This document shows, piece after piece, positions 18,546 through 27,579 of a DNA stretch of 64,000 bases. The notes under the pieces are model-generated. The model saw only the letters and a list, made by a program, of their open reading frames with translations. It was not told the origin of the DNA and made no database searches. This stretch comes from Thermoproteota archaeon (GTDB taxonomy: Archaea; Korarchaeota; JAOZGF01; JAOZFZ01). The translations under genes and the position numbers were made by a program. Position 1 is the stretch's first letter, and the number at the start of each line of letters is the position of its first letter. The stretch lies in assembly GCA_027492035.1 (NCBI GenBank), contig JAOZFT010000035.1, positions 32,001 through 96,000 on the forward strand, in the 5' to 3' direction.

Positions 18546-18923
18546 ATGAGAGGTGTTCAGCAAATGTCCCAGGTAAGTTTTCCCGTTGTGACAAAAAACA
18601 TCAATTATATGCTTATGAGGCTTGAGAAAAATTTAAGGTCTATGCCAGGCCTCCAAGTTATTAGGCAAGGAAACAGTGCGGTAGAGGTAACTGCAAGCGC
18701 ACTGGGTGGCTTGCTTAAATCAAAAGCAACAGTCACGCTGAACTTATCAGGAAACTACTATTTTGTTTCGATAACCAGTACTCCCTCTCCCTTGGGGGGT
18801 AATGAAGCCTTAAACTATGCAAATGTAGCTGTTCAAAGAGCATTTTCAACTAAGCAATGCAACAACTGCAAAAAATTCATTTTCTTAGACGATAAATACT
18901 GCATGTTCTGCGGCCAAAAATAA
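18546..18923 (+). CDS. Small protein with a C-terminal double zinc ribbon (start may be 18564)
   Basis: CNNC..CMFCG at the C-terminus; abuts the previous stop; GAGGTG SD before the second ATG. Confidence 0.7.
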   Translation: MRGVQQMSQVSFPVVTKNINYMLMRLEKNLRSMPGLQVIRQGNSAVEVTASALGGLLKSKATVTLNLSGNYYFVSITSTPSPLGGNEALNYANVAVQRAFSTKQCNNCKKFIFLDDKYCMFCGQK

Positions 18924-18947
18924 CCCTTTTCTTTTCTCCCTTTCTTT
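18924..18947 (+). terminator. Pyrimidine/T-rich archaeal terminator candidate
   Basis: cccttttcttttctccctttcttt directly after the stop, between convergent genes. Confidence 0.4.
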
Positions 18948-18956
18948 AGAAAGGTT

Positions 18957-20702
18957 TTAAATTTTGAGGTGGGTTACCCACTTTATTTCTCTAAGATATT
19001 CTTTCGGTGCTTTAGTAGGTGAGTTAGTTAATAAATCTATTCCATCTTTGTTTTTTGGGAAAGCAATAACCTCTCTTATACTGTTTAAACCTAGTAACAC
19101 AGAAACCAACCTTTCTAAGCCTAAAGCTATTCCTCCATGTGGAGGAGCTCCGTATCTGAAAGATTCTAAGAGAAAGCCGTATCTTTCCATGTACTCATCC
19201 CTTTTTAAGCCGAGTAACTTAAATATTTTCTCTTGAATCTCTGCTTTATTGTTTCTTATGCTTCCTCCCCCAACCTCCCACCCATTCAAAACTAGGTCGT
19301 AAGCATCAGCTTCAACCTTTAAAGGGTTCTCTTCAAGTAATGCTTCCTCCCCCCTCTTCGGCGCCGTGAAAGGATGATGTGTTGGTTTAAGTTTTCCATC
19401 CTCTTGGCTCAATTCGAAAAGAGGGGGATTTATAATCCAGACAAACCTGTATTTTTCTTCATCCAACAAATCTAGGCTGTAGGCTATCACTCTCCTGGCT
19501 TCATTTAATGCTTTCAAAACGTTCTCTCTCTCCCCAAGTGCAAGGATGGATGTTGAATTTTCCATTTCTTTCCTTGGCGAACTGTCATTTTTACTTGTTC
19601 CAATAAATTCTTTTCTTTTCTCCCCTTCCTTGAATAAGTAAAGGTTTACTCTGTTTCTTTCAGCTATTTCCTTCAGTTTTTGATTCATTTTTCCAGTTTC
19701 TCTGTTTAATAATTCGTTAATTGTTTCTTTTTCTAGAACAATTTTTCCTCCTTCAACTGGTTCTTTAAATCTAACTATCTCTAGCCCTTTTATTCTCAAA
19801 TCAGGCTTGTCTGTTCCATACTTGTTTACTGATAAACTGTAACGTATTTTCTTGAAAGGTGTTTCAATTTTTACTTGCAAAGTTTCTTCAACCAATTGTT
19901 TCATCATCTCTTCCACTATTTCCATTAAATCCTGTGCTTCAATGAATGACATTTCTATGTCTAACTGTGTAAACTCGGGTTGCCTATCAGCTCTTAAATC
20001 TTCATCTCTGAAACATCTTGCAAATTGGTAGTATCTGTCGAATCCTGAAACCATCAAGAGCTGCTTATACAGTTGAGGACTTTGCGCTAAAGCATAAAAT
20101 TTTTTTGGGTGAAGTCTACTTGGTACAAGGAAGTCTCTGCTCCCCTCCGGTGTTGATTTAGCTAGGTAGGGGGTTTCAACTTCTACAAAACCTTTTAAAT
20201 CAAGATATTTCCTTAAAACCTTAACCACTTCGTTTTTAAACAAAATATTTCTTTGCATGAAAGGGGTTCTTAGGTCTAAGTACCTGTACCTAAGCCTTGT
20301 TTCTTCATGTGGATAAACCTCCTTTTTGAAACTCACGGGGAGTTTTTCAGCTTTGTTTAGAATTTTTAGTTCCAATATTTCTACTTCCACTTCACCTGTT
20401 TTCATTTCGGGATTTATTTGTGTTTCAGGTCTTTCTTTAACTTTCCCCTTTAATTGAATAACTGTTTCCTGAGTTATGTTCTTTAATTCTTTAAAGAAAG
20501 GATTCTTGTGATTCATCACTGCTTGGACAATCCCTGCTCTATCTCTTAAATTAATAAAAGCTAACTTGCCATGAACCCTTACACTGTCAACCCAGCCGCA
20601 AAGAACCACTTCTTTTCCAACTTCTTCCCTACTTAAATCTCCACACATGTGAGTGCGGTAACTTGTTCGGTAAACATGCTTTATTTCTACTTCAGGTTTC
20701 AT
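18957..20702 (-). CDS. aspS: Aspartyl-tRNA synthetase, bacterial-type architecture, probably non-discriminating
   Basis: RTHMCG, STPEGSRDFLVP, QSPQLYKQLLM, CFRDEDLRADRQPEFTQ, HHPFT, GAPPHGGIALG; 581 aa with a GAD-position insert. Confidence 0.95.
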   Translation of the reverse strand: MKPEVEIKHVYRTSYRTHMCGDLSREEVGKEVVLCGWVDSVRVHGKLAFINLRDRAGIVQAVMNHKNPFFKELKNITQETVIQLKGKVKERPETQINPEMKTGEVEVEILELKILNKAEKLPVSFKKEVYPHEETRLRYRYLDLRTPFMQRNILFKNEVVKVLRKYLDLKGFVEVETPYLAKSTPEGSRDFLVPSRLHPKKFYALAQSPQLYKQLLMVSGFDRYYQFARCFRDEDLRADRQPEFTQLDIEMSFIEAQDLMEIVEEMMKQLVEETLQVKIETPFKKIRYSLSVNKYGTDKPDLRIKGLEIVRFKEPVEGGKIVLEKETINELLNRETGKMNQKLKEIAERNRVNLYLFKEGEKRKEFIGTSKNDSSPRKEMENSTSILALGERENVLKALNEARRVIAYSLDLLDEEKYRFVWIINPPLFELSQEDGKLKPTHHPFTAPKRGEEALLEENPLKVEADAYDLVLNGWEVGGGSIRNNKAEIQEKIFKLLGLKRDEYMERYGFLLESFRYGAPPHGGIALGLERLVSVLLGLNSIREVIAFPKNKDGIDLLTNSPTKAPKEYLREIKWVTHLKI

Positions 20703-20706
20703 TTCT

Positions 20707-22038
20707 CTAAATCCCTTCTCTCTTACTTTTCAGTTCTTTTTTGATCTCTATTGTTTCTTCTCTTCCGGGTCCCACAGAAATTATTTTTATTGGTAGATTC
20801 ACTCTTCTCTCTATTTCCTCGACATAGTTTTTAGCCTCTTGAGGCAAGGCATCGTAGCCCTTTTTAGCTATTTCTCTCCATTCCTCCCTACCTAAATCAC
20901 TCCACCCCTCTAACTCAACATATTTTGGTTTACACTTTTCTACCAGTTCAGTTGAAACAGGGAAGTTTTTAAGCTTTTTTCCGTTTAAATTATATGCCAC
21001 ACAAATTTTTAAGGGAGTTATGCCGCTTAAAACATCAAGCTTGGTTAAAGCTAACTCAGTTAATCCATTTACTCTTTTGGCATAGTTTAGGATCAAAATA
21101 TCAAGCCATCCACATCTTCTGGGTCTGCCTGTGGTTGTCCCATACTCCCCTCCTTTCTCCCTTATCAAATCCCCTGTTTCCTCCTTGAGTTCAGTTGGGA
21201 AAGGACCCCTCCCCACCCTCGTCGTGTAAGCCTTAGCTACACCTATAATCCTTTTTATTTTGTTGGGGCCAACCCCTGCTCCTGTACATGCTCCACCTGC
21301 TACTGCATTTGAAGAAGTAACATAAGGATATGTTCCGTGGTCAACGTCAAGTAAAGTCCCTTGTGCGCCTTCAAACAAAACCTTCTTACCTTGATCAAGT
21401 GCTTCGTTAATGATTAAGGAGTCATCTCCAACATACTTCTTCAATTTTTCACCATAATTAGTATATTCATTTAAGATTACGTTTTTGTATTTCTCTATTT
21501 CGTTTTTGTCCTTTATTGCTCCATACTCTATTAACCATTTCTTTTTAGCTTCCAGAACCTTAGAAATTTTTTCCTTGAATTTATTACTGACCAAATCCTC
21601 GATTCTAATGGCTTCAACTCTTTTCATTTTGTCTGAGTAAGTTGGCCCTATCCCCTTCCCTGTGGTGCCGATTTTTTCTTCCCCCTTCCTTTTTTCACTT
21701 GCTCTGTCAAAAACAGGGTGGTAAGGGAGTGTTACATGGGCTCTTAAACTCACTACTAAATCAGGTTCTATTCCCCTCCTCTCTAAAAACCTTATTTCCT
21801 CAATTAATTCCTGCGGGTTTATAACCATTCCTCCACTGCAAACAACTTTTTTACCTCTAACAGCGCCTGAGGGAATTAAGTGAAACTTAAAAACTTTGTT
21901 TTCAACTTTTACAGTGTGTCCAGCATTGCTTCCCCCGTTATATCTCACAACCATGTCAACTTTTTCAGCTAAAAAATCAACAATCTTCCCTTTACCTTCA
22001 TCTCCGAACTGTGCACCTACTACCACTATTCCAGGCAA
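20707..22038 (-). CDS. purA: Adenylosuccinate synthetase (long form)
   Basis: GAQFGDEGKGK, NAGHT, GTTGKGIGP, EGAQG, GTTTGRPRR. Confidence 0.97.
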   Translation of the reverse strand: MPGIVVVGAQFGDEGKGKIVDFLAEKVDMVVRYNGGSNAGHTVKVENKVFKFHLIPSGAVRGKKVVCSGGMVINPQELIEEIRFLERRGIEPDLVVSLRAHVTLPYHPVFDRASEKRKGEEKIGTTGKGIGPTYSDKMKRVEAIRIEDLVSNKFKEKISKVLEAKKKWLIEYGAIKDKNEIEKYKNVILNEYTNYGEKLKKYVGDDSLIINEALDQGKKVLFEGAQGTLLDVDHGTYPYVTSSNAVAGGACTGAGVGPNKIKRIIGVAKAYTTRVGRGPFPTELKEETGDLIREKGGEYGTTTGRPRRCGWLDILILNYAKRVNGLTELALTKLDVLSGITPLKICVAYNLNGKKLKNFPVSTELVEKCKPKYVELEGWSDLGREEWREIAKKGYDALPQEAKNYVEEIERRVNLPIKIISVGPGREETIEIKKELKSKREGI

Positions 22039-22179
22039 AGAATCACCCCATGAAAAAGAAGACTGCTAAATTTTTTAAATATCCCCTTCACACTTTCTAC
22101 TTTTTAAAAAAGGAACAATAATTTTAAAAATAAAGAAAGCGCTCAATCAAATGAAATTTTTCCAAGGAAAGGGAAGATA

Positions 22180-22572
22180 ATGTCGGAACAACTTTTACAA
22201 ATTGAAAATATTTTGAAGAAACTCACTTCAGCAGGAACAAAAATAACAAGTTCTTTACTGGTTACTTCAGAAGGGCTACCTATGGCTGGAGCCATCCCTG
22301 GAGAATATGAACAGGAATCTTTAGGGGCTATGGCGGCATTAATGCTTTCCATGAGTGATGAAGTAGCAGAGGAGCTGCTTAAAAGCAAAAGCGAACTAAG
22401 TATTGTTATGAATAATAAAGGATATGTAGTTTCTTCCAGGATAAATGATGACTTATCCTTGTTAGTGACAGCTAAACCTGAAGCTAAGTTAGGTTTACTA
22501 ATTTACTTTCTTAAAAAAGCATCTAAAGAAATAAAGGAAGCACTTGAAACAAAATCTTTAACTCTAACTTAA
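22180..22572 (+). CDS. Roadblock/LC7 domain protein
   Basis: LLVTSEGL, GAMAA, and C-terminal AKLGLL typical of the Roadblock/MglB fold. Confidence 0.85.
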   Translation: MSEQLLQIENILKKLTSAGTKITSSLLVTSEGLPMAGAIPGEYEQESLGAMAALMLSMSDEVAEELLKSKSELSIVMNNKGYVVSSRINDDLSLLVTAKPEAKLGLLIYFLKKASKEIKEALETKSLTLT

Positions 22573-22598
22573 AAGGGTTTTTGAGAGTTTAAGGATCT

Positions 22599-23240
22599 CT
22601 AGGAAAAAGTGGACTGTATAGCTAGTAGGACAGATGCTAGAAAGGCTTCAATGGTTCCCTTCGCCTGAGTAGCAACTGTTTCATAAACTAAATAATTTTC
22701 TAAACGAAGATTCTTTATTAGAAAATCTGATGGGTAAATATTCCATAAATCCCTTTTGTTTAACTGAACTACAACCGGTATTTTTTTGTTCAGTTTTTCA
22801 CCGAAAAACCTTTTTAATTCCTCTAAACTTCTTTTGTTTTCAATAAATTTTTCTCTTTGGCTGTCAATCACAAAAACAATTGTATCTGCCCCCTTCACAA
22901 CAGGTGCTCTTAAAGGAGCGTAGAAATCCTGTCCAGTAGCTGCCCAACCATGAACTCCTAAATTGAAATCTCCTAACCAAGTCAAGTCCAATTGTATGCC
23001 AAATTTTTCAAGTACAGAACTAAGAATTTCTCTATTTAATGAAAAGAACTGGTAATCATAATACAGTGTCCTGCCTCCAGAAGTAGATATACTTATTGTT
23101 TTCGTAGATGTACAGTTCCGGTTTATAGTTTGTAAGTACCTTTTCACTGCATATAAACTGGTTGTTTTCCCTGATTCTCCACACCCGTAATAAACTAGTT
23201 TTAAATGGATTTCATGCTTCTTTACGTCTATTTGAACCAA
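22599..23240 (-). CDS. mglA: MglA-family small GTPase (likely TTG start at 23240; ORF track extends to 23285)
   Basis: EIHLKLVYYGCGESGKTT (G1), RTLYYD (G2 with Arg), TGQDFY (G3), NKRD (G4), ETVAT (G5); GGTGGA SD before the TTG. Confidence 0.85.
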   Translation of the reverse strand: MVQIDVKKHEIHLKLVYYGCGESGKTTSLYAVKRYLQTINRNCTSTKTISISTSGGRTLYYDYQFFSLNREILSSVLEKFGIQLDLTWLGDFNLGVHGWAATGQDFYAPLRAPVVKGADTIVFVIDSQREKFIENKRSLEELKRFFGEKLNKKIPVVVQLNKRDLWNIYPSDFLIKNLRLENYLVYETVATQAKGTIEAFLASVLLAIQSTFS

Positions 23241-23730
23241 GTGTTCCACCGAGATGTTTAAGAGCTGACTGTAGATCCTTTCCAATCCCGAATTTTTCCT
23301 TTAAAAGCATCTCGGTCTCTTCGATTTTTTCTCTTCTTTCAATAAGTAACTTTCTAATTTGAGGCAAGCTGTTTTTAACAGTTAACCTTAATAAACCCAA
23401 ATTAACTTTAGGTAGGGTCTTTATGACTAAAAGGGAGCTTTCCTCTACATCATAAATAAAAATCTTGGATGTTTCAGTTTCAGCAAGTATCTGTTCAGGA
23501 TCAGGTTCATTCATTATTTCATGTTGAGCTATGTGAGCACCGAAAATACCTGCACATGCAGATGAGAAATTAGCTAAAAAATCTTCTCCTAAATTAAAAG
23601 GAGTTATAGCAGGCAGAACACCATCTTTCCTAATAATTACAGCGAAAACAATGCCTGGAATATCATTTAACTTACTTAGCAGCGCCTTTAACTTGTTTTC
23701 ATTTTCAATTAATTCTCTACCAAACTCCAA
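23212..23730 (-). CDS. Roadblock/MglB-like protein with a C-terminal helical extension
   Basis: PGIVFAVIIRKDG and VNLGLLRL Roadblock signatures; overlaps the GTPase start. Confidence 0.8.
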   Translation of the reverse strand: MEFGRELIENENKLKALLSKLNDIPGIVFAVIIRKDGVLPAITPFNLGEDFLANFSSACAGIFGAHIAQHEIMNEPDPEQILAETETSKIFIYDVEESSLLVIKTLPKVNLGLLRLTVKNSLPQIRKLLIERREKIEETEMLLKEKFGIGKDLQSALKHLGGTLGSNRRKEA

Positions 23731-24214
23731 GAAGGAAACACCTCACACCCATATTCCCTAAAAACTTTTCAGAAAACTTCAACATTAAATTTATTGATTT
23801 TTAACCAAACAGTTTTCAAGCATTACTTTTGTTTCTTCTATTATATAAATTTTAAGGTTTCAATTCCGAAAATTTCAATTCAAAAATTGGCAAACCTGTT
23901 TTTTCTATAACTTTTCTTGTTTCCACTGTCTTCTTTTTTCTTTTTTAATGTGAAAAACTAGAAAATAAGTAAAGAATTCTTCTTTCTCCAGAATCTATGG
24001 TTATCTTCCCTGAAAAACATATTTTTAGGGGTAAAGGTGGAAAAGGAAATAAAAAAGGCTTTAACTCTTTTCTTCCAATGGAAAAGTTTGAAAGAGTAAT
24101 CATTTAAAAGAGGAATGTTTAAATATTTTTTAAACAAAGATTCTATTACCTTTCACATTCTTACTTCACCTTTTTTTAACGTTTTCCTTCCTTATTTGGG
24201 GACGGTGAAAGCAC

Positions 24215-24649
24215 GTGGATAGAAAAGTGAATTTGCAAATAAAATTGTCGAGTCCTTTCTTTTATGTAGGAAAAAACTTAAAAGGAGAGGTAGAAGTTGA
24301 ATGTGTTGGGGATATAGAGTTTGAGGAAATCAGATTAGAGTTTGAAGGCACCGAAAAAATCAATTTTCCATGTAGAGACTCTAATGTCTGTCCCTCCCCC
24401 ACTATCTTTTTGGCTTCCCAAATTTTTGAAACAAAGAGAAGAATAAAGGAGGGTAATAGAATAGTTTGTCCCTCCCAGATCAAAATACCTTTTGAACTTT
24501 TTATCCCCCCCTGGACTCCTCCAACTTATAGAGGAAAATACGTCCAAACAAATTATGTTTTGAGGGTTAAACTGATGAGGGAAGGGGTAACCTTATTTTC
24601 TAAAGAATTACCCATTAAAATTTTCCTTGCTCCCCCTGCAATAAGGTAA
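24215..24649 (+). CDS. Stand-alone arrestin N-terminal (arrestin/Vps26/SpoOM-fold) domain protein
   Basis: FYVGKNLKGEV, IRLEFEGTEK, IPFELFIPPWTPPTYRGKYVQTNYVLRV match the arrestin-N pattern F-x-F-x-LP..LPPS-x-G..I-Y. Confidence 0.72.
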   Translation: MDRKVNLQIKLSSPFFYVGKNLKGEVEVECVGDIEFEEIRLEFEGTEKINFPCRDSNVCPSPTIFLASQIFETKRRIKEGNRIVCPSQIKIPFELFIPPWTPPTYRGKYVQTNYVLRVKLMREGVTLFSKELPIKIFLAPPAIR

Positions 24650-24736
24650 TAAAGGGTTTAAAAATTAAAAATAAAACTAAGTGGAGTCCGAAAACATATT
24701 CCCTATTATTAACTTTTTTAAGAGAGGCCTAAAAAA

Positions 24737-26005
24737 TTGCAAGAAATGAAAGGCAAAGTTTGTTTAGTTCCTTTTGTGTCACCTTTCCATAAGAAGGAAG
24801 CCTACATCGGAAAACTAAATTTTTTCAAAAAATTTCCTTGGCTGAGCTTCTACAGTCCAGTGTCAGGGGAAGATGAAGTCCTGGACGTTATTGAATGGGT
24901 TGAACAGTTTAAACTAGCCTTACTTTACCCCTTGACAGGCGGAACTTCTCAGTTGTTGGTGTCAACAATTATTTCCACTTCTACACCGACTGTGTTGTTA
25001 ACGGATGGAAGAAACAACTCCTTGCCTTCAGCGTTAACTTGTAAAAGGAAAATTGGCAAATTTAATGGAAATACCCTGATCAAGTTAATTTTCTTGGACG
25101 AAAAAAGTCTCTTCTCATTTGAAGAAACAGTTTCAGAAATTCTAAAAGTGGCTGAAGCCTTCCAAGAATTTATAGGCATGAAAATACATTTCTTGGGTTA
25201 TTTAAGCAACAAAAAGAAGTCATTCTATGACCCCTACACATTAAAAGAAAAATTCAACATCAACATTATACAAGAAAACATGGATTTTAAGAAGTACTTA
25301 AGAATTAAACTTGAACCTCAATGGCTAGAAACCTTCAAAGGCTACGAAATAATTGAGCCTTCTCAACAAGAGCTAGAGAAGGCATTTAAATTTTACCTTC
25401 TACTAAAAAAATTCCTTGAAGGAAAGGAAGCAGAAGTTTTGACGCTTGACTGTTTCCAATTAATAAACCAGGTAGGGTTTCCTCCATGCTTTGCAGCGGC
25501 AAAACTGCTTGAAAAAGGAGTGATTTTTGGTTGCGAAGCCGACTTGGCCTCAACAGTCACTATGTTTATCTTAAAAAAACTAACAGGTTCCCAGCCTTTC
25601 ATAATGAACCTATCAGCAATTTATCCAGAAAAAAATGAAGTGCTCCTTTCCCACTGCACAGCCCCCTTGAACTTAAGTGCCGGAAAGAAAAAATTACGCT
25701 CCCATTTCGAGTCAGGGTTAGGTGTCTCTGTTGAACTCACCTTTAAAAAAGGGCCTGTAACTCTTGTTCAATTTATTAACCCCGACTACGAAAAAATGTA
25801 TATTGCAGAAGGAGAAATTGTGGATGGAAATCCTAAAATTGAAAGCAATTGTAGAAGCCAAATAAAAGTGAAACCGAAATTTTCAGTTAAAAAGTTCTTG
25901 GAAGAAAATTTTGGAAATCATTTCACAGTTGTTTACGGTAAACACTCTGAAAAAATAAACAATTTCTGCAAACTAGCTGGTATTGCAACAAAAATTTACA
26001 ATTGA
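24737..26005 (+). CDS. L-fucose/L-arabinose isomerase-related protein
   Basis: DCF, PC, GCEAD, SHCT, SHFES, CRSQ and GNH motifs. Confidence 0.75.
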   Translation: MQEMKGKVCLVPFVSPFHKKEAYIGKLNFFKKFPWLSFYSPVSGEDEVLDVIEWVEQFKLALLYPLTGGTSQLLVSTIISTSTPTVLLTDGRNNSLPSALTCKRKIGKFNGNTLIKLIFLDEKSLFSFEETVSEILKVAEAFQEFIGMKIHFLGYLSNKKKSFYDPYTLKEKFNINIIQENMDFKKYLRIKLEPQWLETFKGYEIIEPSQQELEKAFKFYLLLKKFLEGKEAEVLTLDCFQLINQVGFPPCFAAAKLLEKGVIFGCEADLASTVTMFILKKLTGSQPFIMNLSAIYPEKNEVLLSHCTAPLNLSAGKKKLRSHFESGLGVSVELTFKKGPVTLVQFINPDYEKMYIAEGEIVDGNPKIESNCRSQIKVKPKFSVKKFLEENFGNHFTVVYGKHSEKINNFCKLAGIATKIYN

Positions 26006-26019
26006 AAACTGAGGAAATA

Positions 26020-26382
26020 CTAAAATTTCTTTTTAAGGGTAAGGATCAATTCGTTAATTAATTCATCCACATTATTTAGTAACTCTTTTATTTCTTGTTT
26101 TTCAGCCTTTTCTATGTGTATTCCGGCTATAACCACAGTTTTAACACCCACCTTACCAGTAATTTCCTTAGCTGCCTTACTTGCCACCTTTCCCTCTTTA
26201 TGTCTATGTGAAACCAGGGTTTTCACTGAAACACTTTCTCCCTCTTTTTCAGCTAAAGATACAGCACCGACATGAGGTTTCTCTCCACCACCAATCAAAA
26301 CAACCAAGTCATTCCCTAAAGTTAAAAGTTTCAGAAAAACATGAAGCCTACCTTCCCCAGCTTCAAAGCTAAACCCTTCCAT
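26020..26382 (-). CDS. LpdD / PAC-like small protein
   Basis: GGGEKPHVGAVS, HKE, AGIH. Confidence 0.7.
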   Translation of the reverse strand: MEGFSFEAGEGRLHVFLKLLTLGNDLVVLIGGGEKPHVGAVSLAEKEGESVSVKTLVSHRHKEGKVASKAAKEITGKVGVKTVVIAGIHIEKAEKQEIKELLNNVDELINELILTLKKKF

Positions 26383-26508
26383 TTCATTTCCTCTACTTCA
26401 AAGGACTTAACGTGTTCAATGAAATTGTACCATTATTCAAAAAAATAGATTTAAAGATTCCATTATAAAGTTGAAGTAGTAAAACTTCTCTCCCTAAATT
26501 AAGAAGAG

Positions 26509-27420
26509 GTGCCTAATTTGAACATCGTCCATAACTTGTTTAATAAAAGAAAAATACTTTATTTAACAATTTTTGCAGTCTCTGTAATAGTTACAGGGTT
26601 CCTATTTTCATTTTTCCTGTCCCCTATACAAAAAAGCTTTTACCCTAACCGAGAAAAACTTCCTTTAAAGGCTCCTCTTCCGTTACCAACACCTGCACCT
26701 ACAATAAACAGAGAGGAAGGTGTACTTCCACACCAAACCTTTCAAAGTGAAACTTCACTCCTGGAAACAACTAACCGATTAATGATTTACACTGCAACTG
26801 TGTCTTTAAAGGTAAAAAACGTAACAACAGCCATAAACAAAATAACTTCGTTAACAGAGGAATTCGGTGGGTTTATTCAAGAAATAAACATTTACGGGAC
26901 AGAAAGAAAAGAGGGATATATAACAGTGAGAATTCCTCAAACAAACTTCCAAGAATTCCTTAAAAAAATTGCTTCAATTGGAAAACTAGAAAACAAAAAA
27001 GTTGAAGGGCAAGATGTAACTGAGAAATTCATTGATTTACAAGCCAGGTTAAACAACAGTAAAAAAGAGGAGCAAAGGCTTCTACAAATACTTGAAAAAG
27101 CAGAAACAGTAGATGAAATCCTTAAAGTTGAAAAAGAAATAAAAACAGTAAGAACGGAAATAGACACCTTGACAGGGCAAATAAAATTCCTACAAAGAAG
27201 AATAACTTACTCAACAATAAAAATATCACTTGAAGAACCAGCTCCTCAACCGCCCTGGCTTCAACTCCCAGAAACAGATTGGAGTTACCCTCTAGAATTG
27301 GGGTTAACTATACTTTTAGATTTAATTCAAGCAATCATTACTTTAACCATAGCCCTCAGCCCAATAGCTATCCCAGGTTTCCTAATATATAAACTTTACA
27401 GGAGAAAGAAGAAATCTTGA
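26509..27420 (+). CDS. DUF4349 domain membrane protein
   Basis: RLMIYTATVSLKV, TVRIP, DVTEKFIDLQARL coiled coil, YSTI; N- and C-terminal TM segments. Confidence 0.85.
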   Translation: MPNLNIVHNLFNKRKILYLTIFAVSVIVTGFLFSFFLSPIQKSFYPNREKLPLKAPLPLPTPAPTINREEGVLPHQTFQSETSLLETTNRLMIYTATVSLKVKNVTTAINKITSLTEEFGGFIQEINIYGTERKEGYITVRIPQTNFQEFLKKIASIGKLENKKVEGQDVTEKFIDLQARLNNSKKEEQRLLQILEKAETVDEILKVEKEIKTVRTEIDTLTGQIKFLQRRITYSTIKISLEEPAPQPPWLQLPETDWSYPLELGLTILLDLIQAIITLTIALSPIAIPGFLIYKLYRRKKKS

Positions 27421-27579
27421 AACCTTTTTTCTTAATTCCGCACTAAAATAAACTTTTTTTAAATGAATCAAGTTCAAAACTTCTTTTTTTATACTAATTC
27501 CCTTTTAAAAATATTTAAAATTTTTAGAAAGAAAAAGAATGAAAATAAATATTATAAGCATTAATTAAAAATGTTTAAA

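Noticed and set aside
23857-23890. gtttcaattcc...tttcaattc, resembling the start of an archaeal CRISPR repeat
   Set aside because: No regularly spaced full repeats, no spacers and no cas genes
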